Below, in pieces: positions 1-9,564 of a stretch of 64,000 bases of DNA. Position 1 is the stretch's first letter. Each line of letters starts with the position of its first letter. The notes under the pieces are model-generated. The model did not search any database, was not told the origin of the DNA, and worked only from the letters and a program-made list of their open reading frames with translations. The position numbers and the translations under genes are program-made. The DNA comes from Bacteroidota bacterium (GTDB lineage Bacteria > Bacteroidota > Rhodothermia > JANXDC01), in NCBI GenBank assembly GCA_025998875.1, contig AP024675.1:1641077-1705076 (forward strand). The letters are read 5' to 3'.

Positions 1-239
1 CCTTCGCCGTGCTCGGCGGCAAGAAAGATGAGCTCCGGTTCGACCTCCAGCAGAGCTTCCTCCTGGCAGAACCGAAGTTCACTCAAGCCGCGCAGTTCCG
101 GATGTGCAGACCAGATCGGTTTTCCGGCCGCATGACGGCTGCTGACGGCCTGCAGGCATACGCCGGGATGGTGCAACAGGAGCCGGATGAGCTCTCGGCC
201 CACGTATCCAGCCCCGTGAAGCAGGGCCACGCGTTTCAT
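1..239 (-). CDS. argC: N-acetyl-gamma-glutamyl-phosphate reductase, 5' part (runs off the left edge; not in ORF track)
   Basis: Manual translation from ATG at 239: MKRVALLHGAGYVGRELIRLLLHHPGVCLQAVSSRHAAGKPIWSAHPELRG..., a typical ArgC N-terminus (GxxGYxGxELxRLLxxHP; HPxLRG). ATGA overlap with the stop of the upstream gene. Confidence 0.9.
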   Translation of the reverse strand, partial: MKRVALLHGAGYVGRELIRLLLHHPGVCLQAVSSRHAAGKPIWSAHPELRGLSELRFCQEEALLEVEPELIFLAAEHGE

Positions 240-1312
240 CCGACCGCCTCCATCGAAACATGCCCGTTGCTGGGCCATCCGCTCATGCTCAGCGCGCGCA
301 TCACGCAGTTCACAAGCGCATCGGGCTCTTGCTGGGCGTTATAGGCCGGAATGCCCAGGGCGTTCTGAATGTAGCGTTTGCCCACGGCGTTGTCCGTTAC
401 GGGACCGACTATGGCCGTAATAGGGCTCCGGTATCGGGTGCGGAACAGGTAATCGGCCGCCCAGGCCCCGGCCAGATCCGTTGCCGCCACCACGTGCGCG
501 GCGGTCAGGGCGCGCAATTCCTTGTCCATGAGTAGCTCGTCCACCCCGTAATAGCCGATGAATCCGTCGCCCAGCTCCAGGACGAGCACGTCCGGCCGGG
601 AGGCGTTGAGTTCCTGAATGATCCCTTTAGCGATAGGCACCATGTCCTTGTTCACCGAGGAGACCACACCGGCGTCGATGAAGGTCAGACAGGAGATGGC
701 TCCGGCCTCCTGCATGGCGCGCACGTCGCGCAGCAGGGCGGCTCCGGTGAGCTTGGCTGCCGCTACACGAAGGCCCCGTGCGCTGAGGCCGCGCACGATC
801 TGCGCGGCTGCATAGGTTTTGCCCGTGTTCATGGCCGTGCCGCTGAGCATCACCAGCGGCGCCGAATGGGTCAGCGTGTAGACCGGCTCCAGGGCGTGGT
901 CCTGAATACGGGCATGTCGCTTGAGCCCGTGTACCTCGTAGAGCACCGCGCCCAGCACTTCAACGGGGAGGGCCGGACCCAGATCGGGGTGGTCGGAGGT
1001 GCACTGGCCGAGGATACCGCCCATATTGAGCACATGCAGCACGTCTCCGACCTGGATGCGACGGGGGATTCGGCCGCTGTAGCCCTTGAGGGCCTGCCGT
1101 TCGCCCAGCGCTCCGATGAGCAGATGGCCTTTCCGGAGGGTGTGAAAACGGCCGTCGGTGGTTTCCAGCTGGTTGTATCGATCCTTATCGGCCAACACGC
1201 GTACGACGATGCAGTAGCCCTCCTCGGCGACGATATACGGGCTGATCTCCACTTCATGGGTCAGGTTGCAGGGGCTGGTGCTGGAGGCGATCCAGTCTAC
1301 CGAGATGCGCAT
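236..1312 (-). CDS. DUF1611-like P-loop NTPase-fold protein within the arg operon
   Basis: 358 aa ORF with Walker-A-like SGTAMNTGKT, RVAAAKLTG and VLELGDG motifs. Starts 3 nt after the argG stop and overlaps the argC start. Confidence 0.7.
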   Translation of the reverse strand: MRISVDWIASSTSPCNLTHEVEISPYIVAEEGYCIVVRVLADKDRYNQLETTDGRFHTLRKGHLLIGALGERQALKGYSGRIPRRIQVGDVLHVLNMGGILGQCTSDHPDLGPALPVEVLGAVLYEVHGLKRHARIQDHALEPVYTLTHSAPLVMLSGTAMNTGKTYAAAQIVRGLSARGLRVAAAKLTGAALLRDVRAMQEAGAISCLTFIDAGVVSSVNKDMVPIAKGIIQELNASRPDVLVLELGDGFIGYYGVDELLMDKELRALTAAHVVAATDLAGAWAADYLFRTRYRSPITAIVGPVTDNAVGKRYIQNALGIPAYNAQQEPDALVNCVMRALSMSGWPSNGHVSMEAVG

Positions 1313-1315
1313 GGG

Positions 1316-2530
1316 CTAGCCCTCCGCGCTTGTGGGTTGACGGGTGCGGGCCCGGTGAGCCAAGAGCGAGGATACGCCCCAGATGCGAGCAAACCCCTCT
1401 GCATCCCGACCATTCCAGAGCGTGTTCGTCTCGCCATAGGTGGCCAGATCCGGGGCCAGAAGCCCGTAGGAGCTTTCACAGCCCAGTACCTCGATACGAC
1501 CCCGGTGCAGCCGCAGGCGCACAGATCCCGTCACGGTCTGCTGGGAAGAGTCCAGAAAAGCCTCTATATCCCGCATGACGGGATCGAAATACAGGCCTTC
1601 GTGCAGGAGCATGCCGTAAAAGTCGGCCAGGTGATCTTTCTGGAAACGCTGCCATTTGGTGAGCACGAGCTTCTCCAGTTCCCGATGGGCCGTGATGAGG
1701 ATGAGCGCGGCCGGGGCCTCAAAGCCGATTCGGCCTTTGATCCCCAGGATTGTATCGCCCAGATGCATGCCGCGCCCGACCCCATGTTCAGCGCCGATGC
1801 GGTTGAGCTCCTCGATCAGGGCGACCGGATCCATGGGGGCATCGTTGAGCGCTACGGGAACGCCCTGCTCGAAGGCAATGCGTAGCTCGGCGGGCGTTTC
1901 GGGCGCCCGCTCGGGATCCCGCGTCTGAAGCCATGCCTCTGGTGGCAGGGGCAGGTGGGAGGTGAGCGTCTCGCCTCCACCAATGGTCGTGCCCCACAGC
2001 CCCCGATTGATGGAGTAGGTGGCCTTCTGCTCCGATACGGGCAGGCCGCGCTCCCGCAGGTAAGCCGCTGTCTGCGTGCGGCTCCAGCCCAGATCCCGGA
2101 TAGGGGTCAGGATTTGCAGGTCCCCGGCGAGCACGCGCAAGGCCACATCGAAGCGAATCTGGTCATTTCCAGCCCCCGTGGAACCGTGCGCGATGGCCCG
2201 GGCGCCGATCTGGCGCGCTATCTCGACGACCTTGCGCGCCTGCACAACGCGTTCCGGACCCACGCACAGGGGGTAGACGCCCCCACGCAGGATGTTGCCC
2301 TTGATCAGGTAGCTCAGGTGATCCTCAAAGAGTTCTCGCCTGCCGTCTACGGTCCAGTGTCCCGAGGCGCCCAGCCGGGCCGACCAGTCAGCCAGCCGTC
2401 GGGCCTCGGCCTCGTCAATGCCCCCGGTGTTGACCGTGACCGTGTAGACAGGCTCCCGATAGGTTTCCTGGAGATACGGGACGCAGAAGGAGGTGTCCAG
2501 TCCCCCGCTGAAGGCCAGTACGATTGCCAT
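1316..2530 (-). CDS. argG: Argininosuccinate synthase
   Basis: IVLAFSGGLDTS PP-loop, HGSTGAGNDQIRF, GIKGRIGFEAPAA. RBS AGGAG upstream. Confidence 0.96.
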   Translation of the reverse strand: MAIVLAFSGGLDTSFCVPYLQETYREPVYTVTVNTGGIDEAEARRLADWSARLGASGHWTVDGRRELFEDHLSYLIKGNILRGGVYPLCVGPERVVQARKVVEIARQIGARAIAHGSTGAGNDQIRFDVALRVLAGDLQILTPIRDLGWSRTQTAAYLRERGLPVSEQKATYSINRGLWGTTIGGGETLTSHLPLPPEAWLQTRDPERAPETPAELRIAFEQGVPVALNDAPMDPVALIEELNRIGAEHGVGRGMHLGDTILGIKGRIGFEAPAALILITAHRELEKLVLTKWQRFQKDHLADFYGMLLHEGLYFDPVMRDIEAFLDSSQQTVTGSVRLRLHRGRIEVLGCESSYGLLAPDLATYGETNTLWNGRDAEGFARIWGVSSLLAHRARTRQPTSAEG

Positions 2531-2558
2531 TTTTGATTCCGGCTCCTATCGCTAGAGG

Positions 2559-2590
2559 AAACAAAAACGCCGGTTCGGGTGAACCGGCGT
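2559..2590 (-). terminator. Intrinsic terminator (attenuator 3:4 hairpin) in the argG 5' leader
   Basis: Minus strand ACGCCGGTTC-ACCC-GAACCGGCGT followed by TTTTGTTT: a 10-bp perfect stem plus U-tract, about 30 nt upstream of the argG ATG. Confidence 0.85.
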
Positions 2591-2619
2591 CTTTTCTTTC
2601 TTCGGGGTGGCTTCTACGT

Positions 2620-2721
2620 TCAAGACGGCGCCCATCCCATACGACGCCCGTTCACCCATCGGGGAACCTTTCCTCGTCGGGATCGTCGGAGGGCCGTCAT
2701 ATGGGACGAGACCTGCACCAT
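2620..2721 (-). CDS. Putative arginine-rich leader peptide of the arg operon
   Basis: Manual translation: MVQVSSHMTALRRSRRGKVPRWVNGRRMGWAPS* (33 aa, 7 Arg: 5 CGA + 2 CGT). Alternative start at 2700 gives 26 aa. Lies between the promoter and the terminator upstream of argG. Confidence 0.75.
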   Translation of the reverse strand: MVQVSSHMTALRRSRRGKVPRWVNGRRMGWAPS

Positions 2722-2730
2722 GCGGGCGCA

Positions 2731-2759
2731 AGTGTACGGAATCCCACGGGGAATGTCAA
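2731..2759 (-). promoter_or_regulatory. Sigma70-type promoter of the arg leader/operon
   Basis: Minus strand TTGACA (2759-2754), 17-nt spacer, TACACT (2736-2731). The leader ATG begins 10 nt downstream of the -10 box. Confidence 0.75.
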
Positions 2760-2848
2760 GAGGTAAGCCAATTTTTTTGCAGGAGATCTTGCTCGGGGTG
2801 CGGAGAAAAGCGGATTTTTTGTCGCCTTACAGTGGGGAGGATAGAGCC

Positions 2849-4117
2849 ATGCACCTCAAAATGGGATGCGGGGTGTTCCTGCTGGGTTGGGCCATTACCG
2901 CATGGGCCCAGGCGGATCGATTGGCCAATTCCCGTTTCGATCCCCGGATGCTGCAGGAGCCCGCTATCCGGGCCGCGCTGGAGTGGGTCGATGCGCACCG
3001 ACGGGAGCACGTCGAGGAATGGATCCGACTGACGGAAATCCCTGCCCCCTCGGGCCGGGAGGCGCGCCGCGCCGCCTACATAAAGGCCGAAATGGAGCGC
3101 ATGGGGCTGGATTCCGTCCACATCGATGCCGCGGGCAATGTGGTGGGTATTCTGCGGGGGCGTTCCCGGCATCCGGCCATCGCCATAGCGGCACATATGG
3201 ATACCGTGCATCCTCTTGAAGAGATCCGGGTGCGCCAGGAGGGGGATACGCTGTATGCGCCCGGTGTGCTTGATGATACAGGGGGGCTGGTGGTCATGCT
3301 GCAGGCGGCTCGGGCCCTGCGGGCGGCCCGTGTGCCCCTGGCCGGGGACGTCATCTTTATCGCCACCGTACAGGAAGAGGTAGGCCTCAAGGGTATGGCA
3401 CACTGGCTGGAACACAATCCCCGTCGGGCCGACATGGTCATCGCCGTAGATGGCAACCTGGGGGATGTGCCTTACGGGGCGCTCGGCATCCGGTGGTTTC
3501 GCTTTCACTATCGCGCCTATGGGGCGCATACTATGCAGAGCCTGGGGCGTCCGAACCCCAACCGGGCCGTGGCGCGGGCCATCGAGGATATCTACCGACT
3601 CCCCCTGCCCCATCCATCGGGCACGTTTGTGATCTACAACATCGGGGTGATCGGGGGCGGGACGGTGCCCAACGCGGTCTCCCAGCACTCCTTTTTCACC
3701 GTGGATCTGCGTTCGCCCAGCGCCCGACTGCTTGCCGAATATGCCGACTCCATTCTGGCGCGCGCCCGCCGGGCGGCTGAGCGGGAGCGTGTACGTTTCG
3801 AGGTGGAAATCCTCAACGATACCCCGGCCGGAGGCACGGAAGAGGAGCTGGCCGATCGAAGAGAGCATCCGCTTGTGCAGACGGCCGTGCACATCCTCAA
3901 CCACCTGGGCGTGGGGCAACAGCTGGGCCGGCCCGTTCGACCCCTGGCCAGCGGATCGACGGATGCGAACATGGCCGTTGCGCGCGGCATTCCGGCCATC
4001 GCCTTCGGGAGGGGCTTTGGACGGGATCAACATACCCTCCAGGAGGCCGCACATATTCCAAGCGCCTTCCTGGCCACCAGAGGCCTTATCCTGCTTATCG
4101 CCTCCCTGCTGCGCTAG
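2849..4117 (+). CDS. Secreted M20/M25/M40-family metallopeptidase
   Basis: Signal peptide ending AWA-Q; motifs AHMDTV, PGVLDD, QEEVGLKG, GSTDAN, HTLQE. GGAGG RBS before ATG 2849; the ORF-track start at 2579 is rejected. Confidence 0.85.
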   Translation: MHLKMGCGVFLLGWAITAWAQADRLANSRFDPRMLQEPAIRAALEWVDAHRREHVEEWIRLTEIPAPSGREARRAAYIKAEMERMGLDSVHIDAAGNVVGILRGRSRHPAIAIAAHMDTVHPLEEIRVRQEGDTLYAPGVLDDTGGLVVMLQAARALRAARVPLAGDVIFIATVQEEVGLKGMAHWLEHNPRRADMVIAVDGNLGDVPYGALGIRWFRFHYRAYGAHTMQSLGRPNPNRAVARAIEDIYRLPLPHPSGTFVIYNIGVIGGGTVPNAVSQHSFFTVDLRSPSARLLAEYADSILARARRAAERERVRFEVEILNDTPAGGTEEELADRREHPLVQTAVHILNHLGVGQQLGRPVRPLASGSTDANMAVARGIPAIAFGRGFGRDQHTLQEAAHIPSAFLATRGLILLIASLLR

Positions 4118-5025
4118 CGGCCCCCTGTGCGCCACCAGGCCAACAGAAGCCCGCTCAGGGTGAGCCCCATGCCGAGCGCGCTTATGGGGGAAGGAACCTC
4201 ACCCCAGAGCATGTACGCCCCCCAGGAGGCCAGCAGGGGCTCGCCCAGTACCAGCAAGGCCACCACAGCCGGGGATATAAAGCGCACCACGTAGTTGAGC
4301 GTGCCGTGGCCGATGATCTGGGGACCCAGGGCCATGAGCAGGCAGAGCCCGTAGAAGCGCCATGTGCGGGCCTCCCACCCCGGCCCGGAAAGGAGAAACC
4401 ATAACCCCACCACGAGCGCCGTCGCGCCGTAGAGCATCCCCACATACGGTAGCCAGGAGAGTCGCTGTCGAAGCAGGCGACCCAGCAGCAGGTAGCCCGT
4501 AAAGCAGAGCGCCGAGCTCACAGCAAGCGCGTTGCCCCACGAGGCAGCGGGAAATGCTTCCGAGCCGATCTGCGCATCCCCCCAGCCGATGAGCATGCCC
4601 CCCACCGTGGCCAGGAGGATGCCCACGATCGTGGGCCTGGAGAGCCGCTCCCGGAGCCACCAGTAGCCCAGCAGAGCGAGAAAAATCGGGTGTATGGAAA
4701 CCAGCACCGAGGCGCTGGCCACAGACGTATGCCGCAGCGCCTCGATCCAGAGCACAAAATGCAGGGCCAGAAAAAGGCCCGCCGCACCGATCCGGACCAG
4801 ATCATCCCGCCCCAGCCGACGTACCTCCTGCCGCCGCCAGAGCAGCATCGGGAGGCTCAGAAGCAGGGCTGCCCAGCCCGTGCGCCAGAAGGCGATCTCC
4901 AGCGCCGGCGCCCCGGGCTCTGTGCTCATGGCCAGCCGGACCAGAAGGGGGCTTGAGGCAAAAGCCACCATGGAAACGGGCAACAGCAACAGCGCGCCTG
5001 GTCGGGATAGGAGCGGCCGATTCAT
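4114..5025 (-). CDS. DMT/EamA-family transporter
   Basis: About 10 hydrophobic segments; AGLFLALHFVLWIEALRHTSVASASVLV and PQIIGHG motifs. Confidence 0.88.
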   Translation of the reverse strand: MNRPLLSRPGALLLLPVSMVAFASSPLLVRLAMSTEPGAPALEIAFWRTGWAALLLSLPMLLWRRQEVRRLGRDDLVRIGAAGLFLALHFVLWIEALRHTSVASASVLVSIHPIFLALLGYWWLRERLSRPTIVGILLATVGGMLIGWGDAQIGSEAFPAASWGNALAVSSALCFTGYLLLGRLLRQRLSWLPYVGMLYGATALVVGLWFLLSGPGWEARTWRFYGLCLLMALGPQIIGHGTLNYVVRFISPAVVALLVLGEPLLASWGAYMLWGEVPSPISALGMGLTLSGLLLAWWRTGGR

Positions 5026-5092
5026 GTTGCTTTTTGGACGACTTTAGTTTACCTTTAGGCTCGTTTCAAGAGGCTGAGCGGGGGAGCCGTAC

Positions 5093-5599
5093 ATGGCCCT
5101 TTTTGCGCAGAGCCCCGTTGCCGTCCCGGCCAACAGGGGTGATTGTTTTTTCCTGTACCGGGCAGCAGCCGACGAGGGCGCACTATCTGCATCTTCTTCT
5201 TCTCCATCGCATCTGACCTCGGAGGATCGAGGACCTCTTCCTGTGGTGCTGGTAGTAGAGGACAACCCGGATGTGCGGCGTCTGTTCCGGCTGTACTTAA
5301 AAGGCAGCTACCGGCTTCTGGAAGCCACTACCGGGGAAGAGGCTTTTCGAATCGTTCAGCAGGAGCGCGTCGATCTCATCCTTATGGACATCAATCTGCC
5401 CGGAGAATGGGACGGACTCCAGACGGCGCGGCTTATTCGCTCGTTGCCCGGCATGGCGCATGTGCCCATTATCGCCCAGACGGCCTATGCCTCGGTTTTT
5501 GATGCCCGACAGGCCCTGGAGGCGGGTTGCGCCTATTATATGACCAAGCCTATTTACCGGCATGAGCTGCTCAGTGTGCTCAAGCGCTTTCTGCCGTAG
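5093..5599 (+). CDS. Single-domain response regulator (receiver)
   Basis: VLVVEDN...DLILMDINLP...DG...IIAQTA...AGC..YMTKP receiver motifs. GGGGAG RBS. Confidence 0.88.
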   Translation: MALFAQSPVAVPANRGDCFFLYRAAADEGALSASSSSPSHLTSEDRGPLPVVLVVEDNPDVRRLFRLYLKGSYRLLEATTGEEAFRIVQQERVDLILMDINLPGEWDGLQTARLIRSLPGMAHVPIIAQTAYASVFDARQALEAGCAYYMTKPIYRHELLSVLKRFLP

Positions 5600-6719
5600 C
5601 CTGTCCGGGGCTGGACAATGCCGCCCATAGAGCCCGATGGCGGGCGATGATGCGGCTCCAGCTGTAATGGGTCTCTACATGCCGGCGGGCTTCTGCCCCC
5701 TTCTGGTGCAGCGCAGACCGATCAGCCAGCAGTTCGCTGAGGCGCTCGATCCATATCGGGGCTTCTCCTGGAGGCAGCATCCAGCCCATCTCCGGCTCCT
5801 GTATGGCGTCCTGGATACCCTCCAGCCGGGAGGCCAACACGGGGGTGCTGCACAACGCCGCCTCGAGCAGGACGATCCCGAAGCCCTCCATATCGCCCGG
5901 AACAGGTATGTTCGGCATCACAAATAGATCTGCGGCCGCGTAGGCGGTGCCCAGAATCGCCTCCGGGATTTTACCGGGCATCCAGATGCGTGTTGAAAAA
6001 GGCCGGGCTGCCTCCCGTATGGCCTCTCGCTCCGGTCCATCCCCGATGAGCGCATAGTGCGTCTGCGGGGGAAGGTGAGGGAAGACCTTCTGCAGAAACC
6101 AGGCAAACCCTTTGCGGCGCACCCAGCGTCCCAGGCTGAGCAGAAGCGGGGCCTCATCGGGGGCCTGGTAGCCCAGCTCACGCAGGATCCTGCGGGCTTG
6201 CGGACGGGGGGGAACCCCGGCAAAGCGCTGTAGGTCGATTCCGTTAGGGACAAAAGCTCCTTTCTGCGCCGGAAGCCCCCGGGCCTGACAGGCCTGGATG
6301 GTGGCCCGACTCGGGGCCACGACTAGATCCAAGGAAGCGAACACACGTCTGATCCAGCGCTGGTAGGCGAACAGGGGCATGGTTACATCCAGCCCGTGCG
6401 CGATGGCCACACAGGGTACGGGTATCCGAGGGCGCAGAAGAGGCAGGATGGAGGCGGTGACCATGGAGGTGAACAACACCAGATCGGCCCGTTGGCCCTT
6501 GACCAGCCCGGGGAGGGTCCACAGCAGGCGGGCCAGAAAGCGGGCCGTGGCCGGACCGATACGGCTCCAGGGCACCTGTAGCAGCAGGGGTATGACCTCC
6601 AGATCTGCCTCTTGGTGCAGCGCGCAGAGCAATTCCCCGCTCACACGCTGCATGCCCCCCACACTCTGGGTAATATCGCCCTCGGGGGGATGAATGTGGG
6701 AGACGAACAGGATCCGCAT
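5580..6719 (-). CDS. Glycosyltransferase family 4
   Basis: GGMQRV, HGLDVT, RKGF, EGFGIVLLEAA motifs. Confidence 0.9.
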   Translation of the reverse strand: MRILFVSHIHPPEGDITQSVGGMQRVSGELLCALHQEADLEVIPLLLQVPWSRIGPATARFLARLLWTLPGLVKGQRADLVLFTSMVTASILPLLRPRIPVPCVAIAHGLDVTMPLFAYQRWIRRVFASLDLVVAPSRATIQACQARGLPAQKGAFVPNGIDLQRFAGVPPRPQARRILRELGYQAPDEAPLLLSLGRWVRRKGFAWFLQKVFPHLPPQTHYALIGDGPEREAIREAARPFSTRIWMPGKIPEAILGTAYAAADLFVMPNIPVPGDMEGFGIVLLEAALCSTPVLASRLEGIQDAIQEPEMGWMLPPGEAPIWIERLSELLADRSALHQKGAEARRHVETHYSWSRIIARHRALWAALSSPGQATAESA

Positions 6720-6728
6720 GGTGCAGGA

Positions 6729-9070
<2,342 letters not shown>

Positions 9071-9202
9071 CTATCGGGGCCGGAATGCGCAAATGGGGGG
9101 ATTCGCGTTTGCGAAAGGACGAGCCTCCTGGCCGGGAGGAGCGGAGAATAGAGAAGTTGCACGAGCCGGTCGGGCGGCGTATTTTCGCGGTGTGTTCTTT
9201 AC

Positions 9203-9420
9203 CTGTCTGCGCGGTCGGTGCCGCCCTTGGGCGGTGAAAAGGGAATCCGGTGCAAATCCGGAGCTGTCCCCGCAACTGTGAGCCGTCCCCCGCAAGAGCC
9301 GGGGGTAGTGCGCCGGAAGCCACTGGTCCGACGGGTTCTTTCAGAAAGGGCTATCGGACCGGGAAGGTCTTCCTCTGCAGGCGCCACGGCGAGCCAGGAG
9401 ACCTGCCGACCGTGCGCAGG
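9203..9420 (+). ncRNA. Cobalamin (B12) riboswitch
   Basis: Conserved blocks AAAAGGGAATCCGGTGCAAATCCGGAGCTGTCCCCGCAACTGT, GCCACTGG, GGGAAGG and B12-box GAGCCAGGAGACCTGCC. Closing helix GCGCGGTCGG/CCGACCGTGC. Directly upstream of a TonB-dependent receptor. Confidence 0.95.
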
Positions 9421-9564
9421 CTGCCGACCTTCGGGGGATAGGGTCCGGTGGTCCAGATGGTTTGCGCCTGTTGCGTCGTATTGTGCCCGTAGAGGCCCCT
9501 TCGAGCGCGCATCCCTTTCTGGAGACCCCGGACCTTGTGAACACCGGTGAGGTTCGGGGGAGAT

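Noticed and set aside
2579-2848. ORF-track N-terminal extension of the M20 peptidase (512 aa)
   Set aside because: It runs antisense across the arg leader and promoter. ATG 2849 has a GGAGG RBS and begins a clear signal peptide.
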